Positions 9,220-17,600 of a DNA stretch of 35,874 nt are shown here, piece by piece (within the stretch, counting starts at the first letter, position 1; the number at the start of each line of letters is the position of its first letter). The stretch spans positions 1 through 35,874 of the IMG/VR virus record IMGVR_UViG_3300017655_000015, one strand, 5' to 3'. This DNA comes from a virus (taxonomy: Duplodnaviria > Caudoviricetes). Both the position numbers and the translations under genes were made by a program. The notes under the pieces are model-generated. The model worked only from the letters and a program-made list of their open reading frames with translations, made no database searches and was not told the DNA's origin.

Positions 9220-9826
9220 TGTCGTGATCTCCGGCCGCCGGCTGATCGCCTCGGTACGGAGCGATCTCGCGCGCGCGATGGCGCAGCATGGCCTGGCCGT
9301 CGCGAAGGAAATGGACCGGGCCGTCACAGAGCAGGCCGAGGTCACCAAGGCCCAGGCCCGGGTGAAGGCGTCCAGCACATTCGGCCCGCGCGTCTCGCGC
9401 ACGATCGGCGCCGAGATCTATTCGAGCCAGAACAGCTCGAGCAACAAGCCGGGCGAGGCGTCCGCGACGATCTTCTCCCGCTGGATCCGCAAGACCGGGT
9501 CCAAGCGGTCCGACATCTGGAAAGCCTACGAAGAGGGCGCGATCATCCGCCCGGTGCTGGCCAAGCAGCTGCTGATCAACCTGGCCACCCGGCAGCGGCG
9601 CGGCTTCCGCGTGCCGTGGAAGAACAACCCGAAGTTCGCCCTGGTCCCGCTCGGGCAGGGCCGGAAGCTGATCACCCGTCGCGGCAAGAAAAACCAGGCA
9701 TGGGGCCCGGAAGCCATGCTGGTCGACCAGGTGACCGTGAAGAAGCGGATCGACTTCGATGACGTTCGCCGCAATGCCGACCGCGGCCTCTACGAGCGCG
9801 TGATCGCGCGGCTGAACCGGCTCTGA
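9212..9826 (+). CDS. neck/tail completion protein (basic, DUF6441-like)
   Basis: GTG start overlapping the previous gene; YEEGAIIRP and LVDQVTVKKRIDF motifs; neck position. Confidence 0.65.
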   Translation: MANVVISGRRLIASVRSDLARAMAQHGLAVAKEMDRAVTEQAEVTKAQARVKASSTFGPRVSRTIGAEIYSSQNSSSNKPGEASATIFSRWIRKTGSKRSDIWKAYEEGAIIRPVLAKQLLINLATRQRRGFRVPWKNNPKFALVPLGQGRKLITRRGKKNQAWGPEAMLVDQVTVKKRIDFDDVRRNADRGLYERVIARLNRL

Positions 9827-9835
9827 CCTTCCGAC

Positions 9836-10294
9836 ATGGCTGATCCCTTGTCCCGCCGCGAAGTCGCGATGGCGGCGGTGTTCGCACGTCTTCAGACCCT
9901 CGCCGAAGACTTCCCGACGATCGAGCGCTTCGGCAATTGGGCGGTGCCCGATTCCGCCCTGCCTGCGCTGGAGATGGAGGACGGCGAAGAGGAAGTCGTC
10001 GGCCGGCTGAGCAACCGTGTCGACAAGGTTGAGACGATGATCCGCCTGACGGTGACGGCGCGAGCCGCCTCGGATGCAGAGATCGGCCAGACCATCAACG
10101 CCGCGATTGCCAAGGTGCAGGCAGTCATGGGTGCCGAGCCGACTTTTGGCGGCGTCCTCCAGGATTGCCTCTATGAATCTTCGATGGGCCCGTTTCTGCC
10201 CGACGACCCCGGCGCGCCTCCGACTGCCTCCGTGGTCCTGATCTATCGCCTCCGCCGGATCCAGTCCGGCCGCGACCCCCGCGCCGTCGTCTGA
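9836..10294 (+). CDS. tail terminator-like protein
   Basis: SRREVAMAAVFARL N-terminus, LPAL, EPTFGG; immediately before the tail tube. Confidence 0.7.
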   Translation: MADPLSRREVAMAAVFARLQTLAEDFPTIERFGNWAVPDSALPALEMEDGEEEVVGRLSNRVDKVETMIRLTVTARAASDAEIGQTINAAIAKVQAVMGAEPTFGGVLQDCLYESSMGPFLPDDPGAPPTASVVLIYRLRRIQSGRDPRAVV

Positions 10295-10335
10295 CGACGC
10301 CTCTCCCGCATCCCTGACAGCATAGGAGTCGCCTG

Positions 10336-11517
10336 ATGGCCGACGCCCCCTTTCAGTCATTGAACCAGATGGTTCTGGCGAAGGAGGAGGCGTCCCCCGG
10401 CGTCGACTCCGCGCCGACCCCTGCAGCCAACGCCGTGCTGGTGGAGAACCCCAGCTGGACCCCGACCCTCAACACGGTGAACACGAACGAGGTGACGGGG
10501 TCGCTGGACGCTCGTGAGCCTCGCCCGGGTTCGGCGTCGGGCGCCATGAGCTTCGACGTCTACCTTAAGGGTGGTGGCGGCGGGGACGGCGCCATCCCGC
10601 CGGAGTTTGGCCCGCTCCTGAAGGCTTGCGGCTTTGCCGAGACCATCAACGCCACGGCGGTAACCGGCACCGCGGCGGCCGGCGCTACCGGCAGCATCAC
10701 CCTGGCGGCCGGTGCTTCTGCGGTGAATAACTTCTACCGGGGGTTTGTTATTCAGACCTCCGGCGGCGCCGGTTCCGGCCAGACCCGGATGATCGCGGCC
10801 TACAACGGCACGACCAAGGTCGCGACCGTGACGCCGGAGTGGGATGTCGCGCCGGACGATACCACCGAGTACACCATCCCGAAGCAGGTCCGGTACTCGC
10901 CGAGCTCGTCGAACATCCCGACGCTCAGCATGTATCGGTACTTCATCCCGTCCGACAACGGCGACGCCCGTCTGGAGCGGCTGCTGGGTGCTGCTGGCAA
11001 CGTGCGGATGTCGCTCAGCCCGTCCGAGCTGCCGCGGTTCTCGTTCGAGTTCCAAGGCCAGCTCGCGGCGCCGGCTGACGTCGCGAAGCCGGATCCGGCT
11101 GTCTACTCGACTGCGCAGGGCTATCCCTGGATCGATGCCGAGGTCTGGCAGGATAACAACAGCCTGGCCGCGTCCACGATCGAGTTGGACCTGGGCAACG
11201 AGGTCAACCTCCTGCCCGATCCCCGACAGGTCTACGGCTTCCAGACCGCGGGCATCACCCGGCGCCGCGTCGCCGGCCGGCTGTCCCTGCCGCTCGATCG
11301 AGTCAACAACCGCAACGTCATCAGCTCTTGGGCAGCAGGCACGGCCTACAAGCTGGCGACCTGGTGGGGGCCGTCGGCGGGACAGCGGTTCGCTATCCTC
11401 CTGCCCTCGATGATCTTCACCGGCATGACCGCCGAGGATGTCCAGGGCTACGCCTACGAAGGCATCCCCTTCAACGCGACGGGCGCCGACGCCTCCGCGT
11501 TCCTCGTGACCTGGTGA
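10336..11517 (+). CDS. major tail tube protein with an inserted accessory domain
   Basis: VLAKEE.SPGVD, PEFGPLLKACGFAET; AGGAG RBS; precedes the chaperone genes. Confidence 0.8.
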   Translation: MADAPFQSLNQMVLAKEEASPGVDSAPTPAANAVLVENPSWTPTLNTVNTNEVTGSLDAREPRPGSASGAMSFDVYLKGGGGGDGAIPPEFGPLLKACGFAETINATAVTGTAAAGATGSITLAAGASAVNNFYRGFVIQTSGGAGSGQTRMIAAYNGTTKVATVTPEWDVAPDDTTEYTIPKQVRYSPSSSNIPTLSMYRYFIPSDNGDARLERLLGAAGNVRMSLSPSELPRFSFEFQGQLAAPADVAKPDPAVYSTAQGYPWIDAEVWQDNNSLAASTIELDLGNEVNLLPDPRQVYGFQTAGITRRRVAGRLSLPLDRVNNRNVISSWAAGTAYKLATWWGPSAGQRFAILLPSMIFTGMTAEDVQGYAYEGIPFNATGADASAFLVTW

Positions 11518-11525
11518 GAGTCGAT

Positions 11526-12257
11526 ATGAGCGTTATCATGGACAAGCGCATCGACGTGCCCAGCGTCGACCGCGAGGGCGTGGTCTATCACGTCCGTCCG
11601 CCTACGGTGGCGGAGCGCGCCTCTTTCCAGGCCGCGATCATCGCCGAAGGTGGGCAGGAGATCAGTAAGTACCGGCTCTTGGACGCCCTTATCGAGGGCG
11701 TGAACGCGCTGATGCCGTCCGATGAGGACAAGGAGCAGCGCGAGGCCTACCTGGCGCGGATCGACCAGCACCGGGCCGACGTGCTCAAGGCGGTCGAGGT
11801 CTATGACCAGAGCGACCAGGAAGACGAGAAGGTCCGGGAGGACTTCCTCAAGGCGGTCGCCACGCCGAAGGACATCGAGGAACTGGCCTCGATCGTGTCC
11901 GAGCACTACCAGCCCTATCGCCGGCTGGTTGGCGAGATGGCGGTCTATCCGCAGCGCGCCGGCATCGTCGCGGCGCGGATGTTTCTGATCGGCTGGAGCG
12001 GCCTGGACGAGCCTTTCACGAGGAAGTTGGGCAGGGTCGAGGACAGCACCCTCGAGCCGATCTCCCCGCGTGACCTGGCCGCCATCGGCGCCAAGGTGCG
12101 CGAGCTTGCCCAGCCGTCCAAGGCCACCCTGGGAAACTCGCGATCGGCGCGTGGTGGATCGCGCGCCCAAGAGCCTTCGCCGGTGGAGAGCGGTACACCA
12201 AAGAAAGCCCCGCGCCAGCCAAGCACGGCGGCTGGTGGTGCGAAGAGCTCCGAATAG
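11526..12257 (+). CDS. tail assembly chaperone (gpG-like)
   Basis: Follows the tail tube; contains the in-frame slippery heptamer G GGA AAC near its 3' end. Confidence 0.75.
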   Translation: MSVIMDKRIDVPSVDREGVVYHVRPPTVAERASFQAAIIAEGGQEISKYRLLDALIEGVNALMPSDEDKEQREAYLARIDQHRADVLKAVEVYDQSDQEDEKVREDFLKAVATPKDIEELASIVSEHYQPYRRLVGEMAVYPQRAGIVAARMFLIGWSGLDEPFTRKLGRVEDSTLEPISPRDLAAIGAKVRELAQPSKATLGNSRSARGGSRAQEPSPVESGTPKKAPRQPSTAAGGAKSSE

Positions 12258-12457
12258 GCACCAACGTCCACCCCAAGCACCTCGTCACCGCTGACACCAT
12301 GCTGATCATTCAGATGGCGCAGATGTGGCGGGGTGGCATGGGGTCACCGGTGATGCCGCGGGCAGGGGGCTGGCTAGACCAGCCGGCCGCCCTGATCGAC
12401 TGCATCCACTATGCAGCCGACTGCCTGGCGAAGCTGGAGCCCAAGAAGAAGACGTAG
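12131..12457 (+). CDS. tail assembly chaperone gpT-like extension, expressed by -1 ribosomal frameshift
   Basis: GGGAAAC at 12131-12137; the -1 frame is open to TAG at 12455-12457 and encodes PRAGGWLDQPAALID, typical of gpT-like segments. Confidence 0.8.
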   Translation, partial: GKLAIGAWWIARPRAFAGGERYTKESPAPAKHGGWWCEELRIGTNVHPKHLVTADTMLIIQMAQMWRGGMGSPVMPRAGGWLDQPAALIDCIHYAADCLAKLEPKKKT

Positions 12458-12508
12458 ACAGGCTGTGAACGTCCCGCTTTCCTGTTCTGATAAAGATCAG
12501 GGGGCGAC

Positions 12509-13057
12509 ATGGAAGATCAGCTCTACGTTGTGGTTGTCATCGCAGCCCTTACCGCTTGGCTGGCATTCCGGATTTGGAGGAGAAGGCGCCGGCCCAGGAC
12601 TTTGAGGCGAGCACCCGGCCCCGCTGTGACGCAGGTGATCGCCAATGAGCGTGAAGACGATGAGCCATCGGGGCAGATCATTGCGCCAAGGCTGGATCAA
12701 GGCCCCCTGAAAATCTTCGAGACGGCTGCCGGGCTCATGGTTCTCATTGAGGTAGCCCGAGCAGACGGACGGATGACCGCTGAAGAGCGGGCAGTCATTC
12801 TGAGATACATCTACCAGCGAGCCGGGATGGACTATGATGCAGCTCCATGGAAGGCACGAAGAGTTGAAGATCGTATAATGGCGCTCAGGCCAACTTGGGC
12901 GCAATTCGAAGACGATCTAGCTGCCTTAAAGGCCGAACCGCCCTCGACGAGGGGTGACTTCATTCAGGTGTGTGAAAAATTGGCGCGTGCCGATGGGGCA
13001 ACTCGGCAGCAGGAGATGCGGATTCTGCAGAAGGTCAGGTCCGAGCTGGAGAGCTAG
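12509..13057 (+). CDS. TerB-like protein with N-terminal membrane anchor (moron)
   Basis: N-terminal hydrophobic helix then RRRRR; VARADGRMTAEERAVI and LARADGATRQQEMRIL are the duplicated TerB-type ADG motifs; visibly lower GC. Confidence 0.75.
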   Translation: MEDQLYVVVVIAALTAWLAFRIWRRRRRPRTLRRAPGPAVTQVIANEREDDEPSGQIIAPRLDQGPLKIFETAAGLMVLIEVARADGRMTAEERAVILRYIYQRAGMDYDAAPWKARRVEDRIMALRPTWAQFEDDLAALKAEPPSTRGDFIQVCEKLARADGATRQQEMRILQKVRSELES

Positions 13058-13269
13058 TGCTCGCCCTCAGGAATTGAGGCATTGTCCTGATCATTGGACT
13101 GGGGGCCACTGGCCTGAACCCTGCGCTTAGCAAGGCCCTCGCTGACGAAGAGCCTCACCACCTCGCCTCGGCTACCAATGCGGTTCGCGAACCGAAAGTC
13201 ATCAAGTGCCCGCACTTCCGACGGGGACATCATGATGGTGACGCGCTCTGACTTTAGCTCCTGGGTCAT
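13054..13269 (-). CDS. ribbon-helix-helix (Arc/CopG-like) transcriptional repressor
   Basis: SERVTIMMSPSEVRALDDFRFANRIGSRGEVVRLFVSEGL fits an RHH pattern; divergent from the antirepressor operon; start placed at ATG 13269. Confidence 0.8.
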   Translation of the reverse strand: MTQELKSERVTIMMSPSEVRALDDFRFANRIGSRGEVVRLFVSEGLAKRRVQASGPQSNDQDNASIPEGEH

Positions 13270-13274
13270 GACGG

Positions 13275-13338
13275 CTTGATAAACTTTATCAAGTTGCACG
13301 TCAAGCCGCTTGACCCAAGCCCGTATGTTTATCAAGTT
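13275..13338. promoter_or_regulatory. divergent promoters and operator
   Basis: Palindrome CTTGATAAA-C-TTTATCAAG (13275-13293), half-site TTTATCAAGTT repeated at 13328-13338; minus-strand TTGACG-17-TATCAA; plus-strand TTGACC at 13310. Confidence 0.7.
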
Positions 13339-13345
13339 AGGGGCA

Positions 13346-13416
13346 GGCCAGCGTCAGAGTACCAGTCCGACGCCGGCCCTAACCACCAACCGATGGAGTG
13401 CATCGGTCATGGCTGA
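13346..13416 (-). ncRNA. putative antisense regulatory RNA / structured leader, copy 1
   Basis: 13-bp stem whose two A-C mismatches become G-U pairs on the minus strand; second hairpin ACCGATG-gagtg-CATCGGT encloses the RBS of the next gene; related copy at about 29.8 kb. Confidence 0.5.
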
Positions 13417-13795
13417 GGCCACTTTTACCAGTTCTCGCCGCACACTTCTTGGGCGAATGGGCGCCGCGTCGGTGATCGGCGTCACAGGCACAGCAGCAGC
13501 GGCACCTACCCACCAAGGCAGCGCGCTGCGGTCTCTCATCCTCCAGTGGCAGGAGGCGATTGACGCTTGGCAGATCGAGAACCGGATCGATGAGGACAGC
13601 GACGCGACGGAAGCAAAGCGCCAGGTCTGGACTGACCTGGAAGAGCGGATCTTCCGCACCCCGGCCCGATCGGCGGACGATCTCCGGCTCAAGATCGACT
13701 TCTACCGCCGTGAAGATCCGCTCGACGATGATGACTGGCTGGTCGGGATCTTCGGTGACGTGGAGCGGCTTCTGCTGATGGGAGGCGTGGCATGA
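13409..13795 (+). CDS. hypothetical protein upstream of the antirepressor
   Basis: GGAG RBS and ATG at 13409; SRRTLL N-terminus; TPARSADDLRLKI motif; ATGA overlap with the next gene. Confidence 0.75.
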   Translation: MAEATFTSSRRTLLGRMGAASVIGVTGTAAAAPTHQGSALRSLILQWQEAIDAWQIENRIDEDSDATEAKRQVWTDLEERIFRTPARSADDLRLKIDFYRREDPLDDDDWLVGIFGDVERLLLMGGVA

Positions 13796-14574
13796 GCGAC
13801 CTCATTCCCGAGATTGACGCCACCCGCCAGCCGGTCGTGTTCATTCGCGAGGGCGAGGTCTTCGCGAACAGTCGGACGGTTTCCACTGCCTTCGACAAGC
13901 ACCACAGGGATGTGCTTCGGGCGATCGATACCCTGGTTCAGCAGGAGCCCAGCTTGGGTCTGCGCAGTTTTGCGCAGACCCCCTACCTCGAACCGACCAC
14001 CGGTCAGGAGTACCGGTCATTCGACATGAACCGCGACGGCTTCACCCTCCTGGCCATGGGCTTCACCGGTGCCAAGGCCCTGAAGTGGAAGCTGCGGTAC
14101 ATCGAGGCGTTCAACGCGCTCGAAGCAGAGGTCCGCTCCCGGCTGTCGGCCGACCTCAACGATCCGGTCGCCCTGCGCAACTTGCTCCTGGCTCACACCG
14201 AGCGGGAGATCGCGATGCAAGCCCAGATCACGGAAATGAAGCCGACCGTCGACGCCTTCGACCGGATCGCTGGCGCGGATGGCAGCCTGATCGTGCGAGA
14301 GACCGCCAAGGCTCTCCAGATCCGAGAGAAGGATCTGATCAGCTACCTGATGCAGAACGGCTGGGCCTACCGGCGAAACGGCAGCGGGCATCTCTTGGGC
14401 TATCAGGCCAAGACCGCTGCCGGACTGATCGTGCACAAGGTGACGACCATCTCGCAGCCGGATGGGAGCGAGCGCGTGACGGAGCAGATGCGCATCACGC
14501 CCAAGGGCCTGACCAAGCTGGCGAAGATCTTCGGCAGCGGCGAGGCGCCCGACCTGCCGTTCGGGCCGAGCTGA
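13792..14574 (+). CDS. rha: Rha-family regulator fused to an antirepressor KilAC domain
   Basis: FDKHHRDVLRAID, MNRDGFTLLAMGFTGAKALKWKLRYIEAFN (Rha); VRETAKAL...QMRITPKG (KilAC). Confidence 0.9.
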   Translation: MSDLIPEIDATRQPVVFIREGEVFANSRTVSTAFDKHHRDVLRAIDTLVQQEPSLGLRSFAQTPYLEPTTGQEYRSFDMNRDGFTLLAMGFTGAKALKWKLRYIEAFNALEAEVRSRLSADLNDPVALRNLLLAHTEREIAMQAQITEMKPTVDAFDRIAGADGSLIVRETAKALQIREKDLISYLMQNGWAYRRNGSGHLLGYQAKTAAGLIVHKVTTISQPDGSERVTEQMRITPKGLTKLAKIFGSGEAPDLPFGPS

Positions 14575-14601
14575 CCCTTCAAGCCCTTCCTTCCTCCATT
14601 C

Positions 14602-14626
14602 AGGCCGTCCTTCGGGGCGGCCTTTT
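14602..14626 (+). terminator. intrinsic terminator after rha
   Basis: AGGCCGTCC-ttcg-GGGCGGCCT followed by TTT. Confidence 0.8.
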
Positions 14627-14642
14627 CCTTTGGAGTCCGCCC

Positions 14643-14669
14643 ATGACTACTGAGAAGCCCGCCAGCTAA
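14643..14669 (+). other. 8-codon mini-ORF (MTTEKPAS) coupled to the tape measure start
   Basis: GGAG RBS at 14632, ATG at 14643, TAA overlapping the TMP ATG (TAATG). Confidence 0.45.
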
Positions 14670-17600
14670 TGGCTGGTGTTGCCCGCGCAGTAGAGATCCG
14701 CCTTGCGATCAAGGATGCGGATCAGGCTGTCCAGAAGCTGCGCGAGTTCGGGGCGCGGGGCGAGCAGGCGCTTCGCCAGATCGTCACCGCTTCCAAGCCG
14801 GCCGACGATTCGCTGCTGAAGATCGACAAGAGCCTCGACCGCCTGGGCAAGACGGCGAGCTCGGTGCGTGGCGCGCTGGGCATCGTGCAGACGGCGCTGG
14901 CCGGCATGGTGGTCGGCAACCTCGTCCAGGGGCTGTTCGATACGGCCACCGGCTTCGAGCGCATGAGCAATGCGCTCAAGTTCGCGACGGGCTCCAGCGC
15001 CGAAGCCAGTGCGGCCATGAGCTTCCTGCGGTCGGAATCGCAGCGGCTTGGCCTGGATCTCGGTGTTGCGGGCGAGAGCTTCACCAAGCTGGCGGCTGCT
15101 GCCAAGGGCACGGCGCTCGAAGGCGCTGCCACCCGAGACGCCTTCACGGCCATTTCCGAGGCCTCCACGGTTCTTGGGCTGTCGGCTGACCAGACCGGCG
15201 GCGCCATCACCGCCCTTGAGCAGATGATCTCGAAAGGCAAGGTCAGCGCGGAAGAACTGCGCGGCCAGTTGGGCGAGCGGTTGCCTGGCGCCTTCCAGAT
15301 CGCCGCACGGGCGATGGGCGTCACCACTGTCGAACTCGACAAGATGCTCTCGCAGGGGCAGGTGCTGACTGACACCTTCCTGCCCAAGTTCGCCCGCGAG
15401 CTGCGCAACACGTTTGCCGGCGACGCGGTGGACGCCTCCAAGTCCGCCCAGGCCGAGCTCAACCGCTTCAACAACGCGATCCGCGAGCTTCAGCTCGAGG
15501 TGGGCAAGAGCGGATTGATGGATGCGCTGGTCCTCGGAATGCAGAACCTCTCCGGGGTGATGCGCGATCCGCGGTTCCTCGCCGGCATCCGGGACGCAGG
15601 CGAGGGAATGAAGTCGCTCCTGGTCCTGATGCGGGATGTTGGCCTGCCGGTCCTGGCGGAGTCGGCGCGTGGCTGGGGCTATGTGGCAGAAGCCATCGGC
15701 CTGGTGCGCGACCGGATCCAGGACAATTTCTCGATCGAGAACCAGCTGGCCGACAAGCAGCGCGAGCTCATCGAGCTGACCCAGCAGCTGCGGAACGAGG
15801 AAGAATCCTGGCTCAGCACCGACGCGATCCAGGAGGACATGCGGGCGCGGATCGAGCTGCTCCGGCAGGAGATCGATGCGCTGGTGGCCAGGGGGCATGC
15901 CGAAGCCGCGGCAGCGCAGGCATCGGCGGCAGCCGAGCGTGACCGGCTGATTGTCCAGACCGAGACCAATCGGCGGTTGGAAGCGCAGCGCCGGCAGGCA
16001 CAGCAGGAGTACGAGACCGCGCGGAATGCGCCGGTCGCTTCGGGCTCGTCCACCCTGGACAAGGATGCCGAGCGCCAGCGTCAGCGCGTCGAGGAACTGA
16101 TCCAGTCGCTCAAGGATGAGCGGGCGGAACTGTTGCTCCTGACCGATGCCCAGAAGAAGGGCTCGGATGCGGTCAAGAAGGCCGAGACCGACATCAAGGC
16201 GCTGCAGGCCATCCGCAAGGCCAAGGTGGCGGATGACAGCGCCGAGGCTGCCACGATCCGCGAGTTGGTCACCGGCAACGCTGAGCTTTCGGCCAGCTAT
16301 GAGGCCACTGGCGAAGCGGCCAAGGCTGCACAGCAGAAGCGGGAACAGGCCGCGAAGGAGCGAGCCGACCAGCTGAAGCGCCAGGCGCAGCAGGAAGCCG
16401 CGCTCTGGCAGAAGCCGTTCGAGAACGCGATCGAGGGCGTCCAGAGCCAGTTCACCTCGACCTTTGAGAGCATCTTCCGCGGCGGCGTGAACTCGTTCAG
16501 CGACCTCGCCGGGGCCGTGAAGGACATCTTCATCCGCCTGGCCGCCGAGATCGCCACGCTGATGGTGATCCGCCCGGTGATGGCGCCGATCATGGGCGCC
16601 GTGGGCGGTGCTGGCATCGGGGCGGGCACTGCCGGTGGGTTCTCCAGCGGCATCGGCAGCATCCTCCAGTCCGGCGGCTCCTACCTGAACAGCAGCGCCC
16701 TTGGCGGCGCCATCAACAACTTTGGTTCGTCTTATCTCGGGCTGGCCGGGGGCGGCGTCCCCGGCACGACGGCAGGGATAGCATCGGGTGGCGGGTTCCT
16801 GGGCGTCGGCGGCAACATGCCGGGCGCTACGGGCATCTTCGGCACCACGGCCAGCCTTACTTCAGTGCTGGGCGCCGCGGGCTTGGGCGCATTCGGCGGC
16901 GGGACGCTCGCCGGTCTCCTGGGTCTCAACAAGACCGGCGGCTCGATCGGTGGCGGTGCTGGCGCAGGCCTAGGCGCCCTGATCGGTTCTGCGTTCCCAG
17001 TGGTAGGCACCGCGCTCGGCGGCATTCTTGGTGGCCTGGGCGGCTCGCTATTCGGCGGTCTCTTTGGTGGTGGCAAGCCGTCCAACAAAGAGCAGGGGAT
17101 CAACTACAGCCTGACCACCGGCCTGGCCGAGCTCTACGGTCAGACGGGGAAGAAGTTCAGCCAGGAAAACCAAGACGCCGCCAAGACGATCGCTCAGGCT
17201 GCGGCGGACTATGCTGCGGCTTTGAAAGAAGCTACCGGCGGAACGATTGGCCTGCAGGGCTTTGACGTAGCTGTCGGGAGTAGGGACGGCTTCAAGCTCG
17301 GGCTCGGCTCGACGCAGACGCAGTATGGCTCTGTCGAGGAGTTGACCAGCGCCCTGATGAAGGCGGTCACCGAGAGCCTGAAGGGCGCCGGCGCCAACGT
17401 CCAGCAACTCGTTGGCTCCGGCAAGCTCGACTATGGCGATGCGGAAGGCACGCAGAAGGCCTTGCAGCTTGCTGCTGCCATCGACCGGCTGGTCAAGCCA
17501 AGCTCCGATGCCCAGACGGCAGTCGAAGAGCTCAACGCACAGTTTGCCGAGGCCATTGCCCAGGCAAAGGCGCTGGGGCTCTCGACCAAAGAACTGAGCG

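Noticed and set aside
12509-13057. Tellurite resistance locus
   Set aside because: Only one TerB-like gene; no terA/C/D/Z
13409-13500. Tat-exported protein (SRRTLL)
   Set aside because: The motif is present, but the acidic helical body and antirepressor-operon context give no support for export
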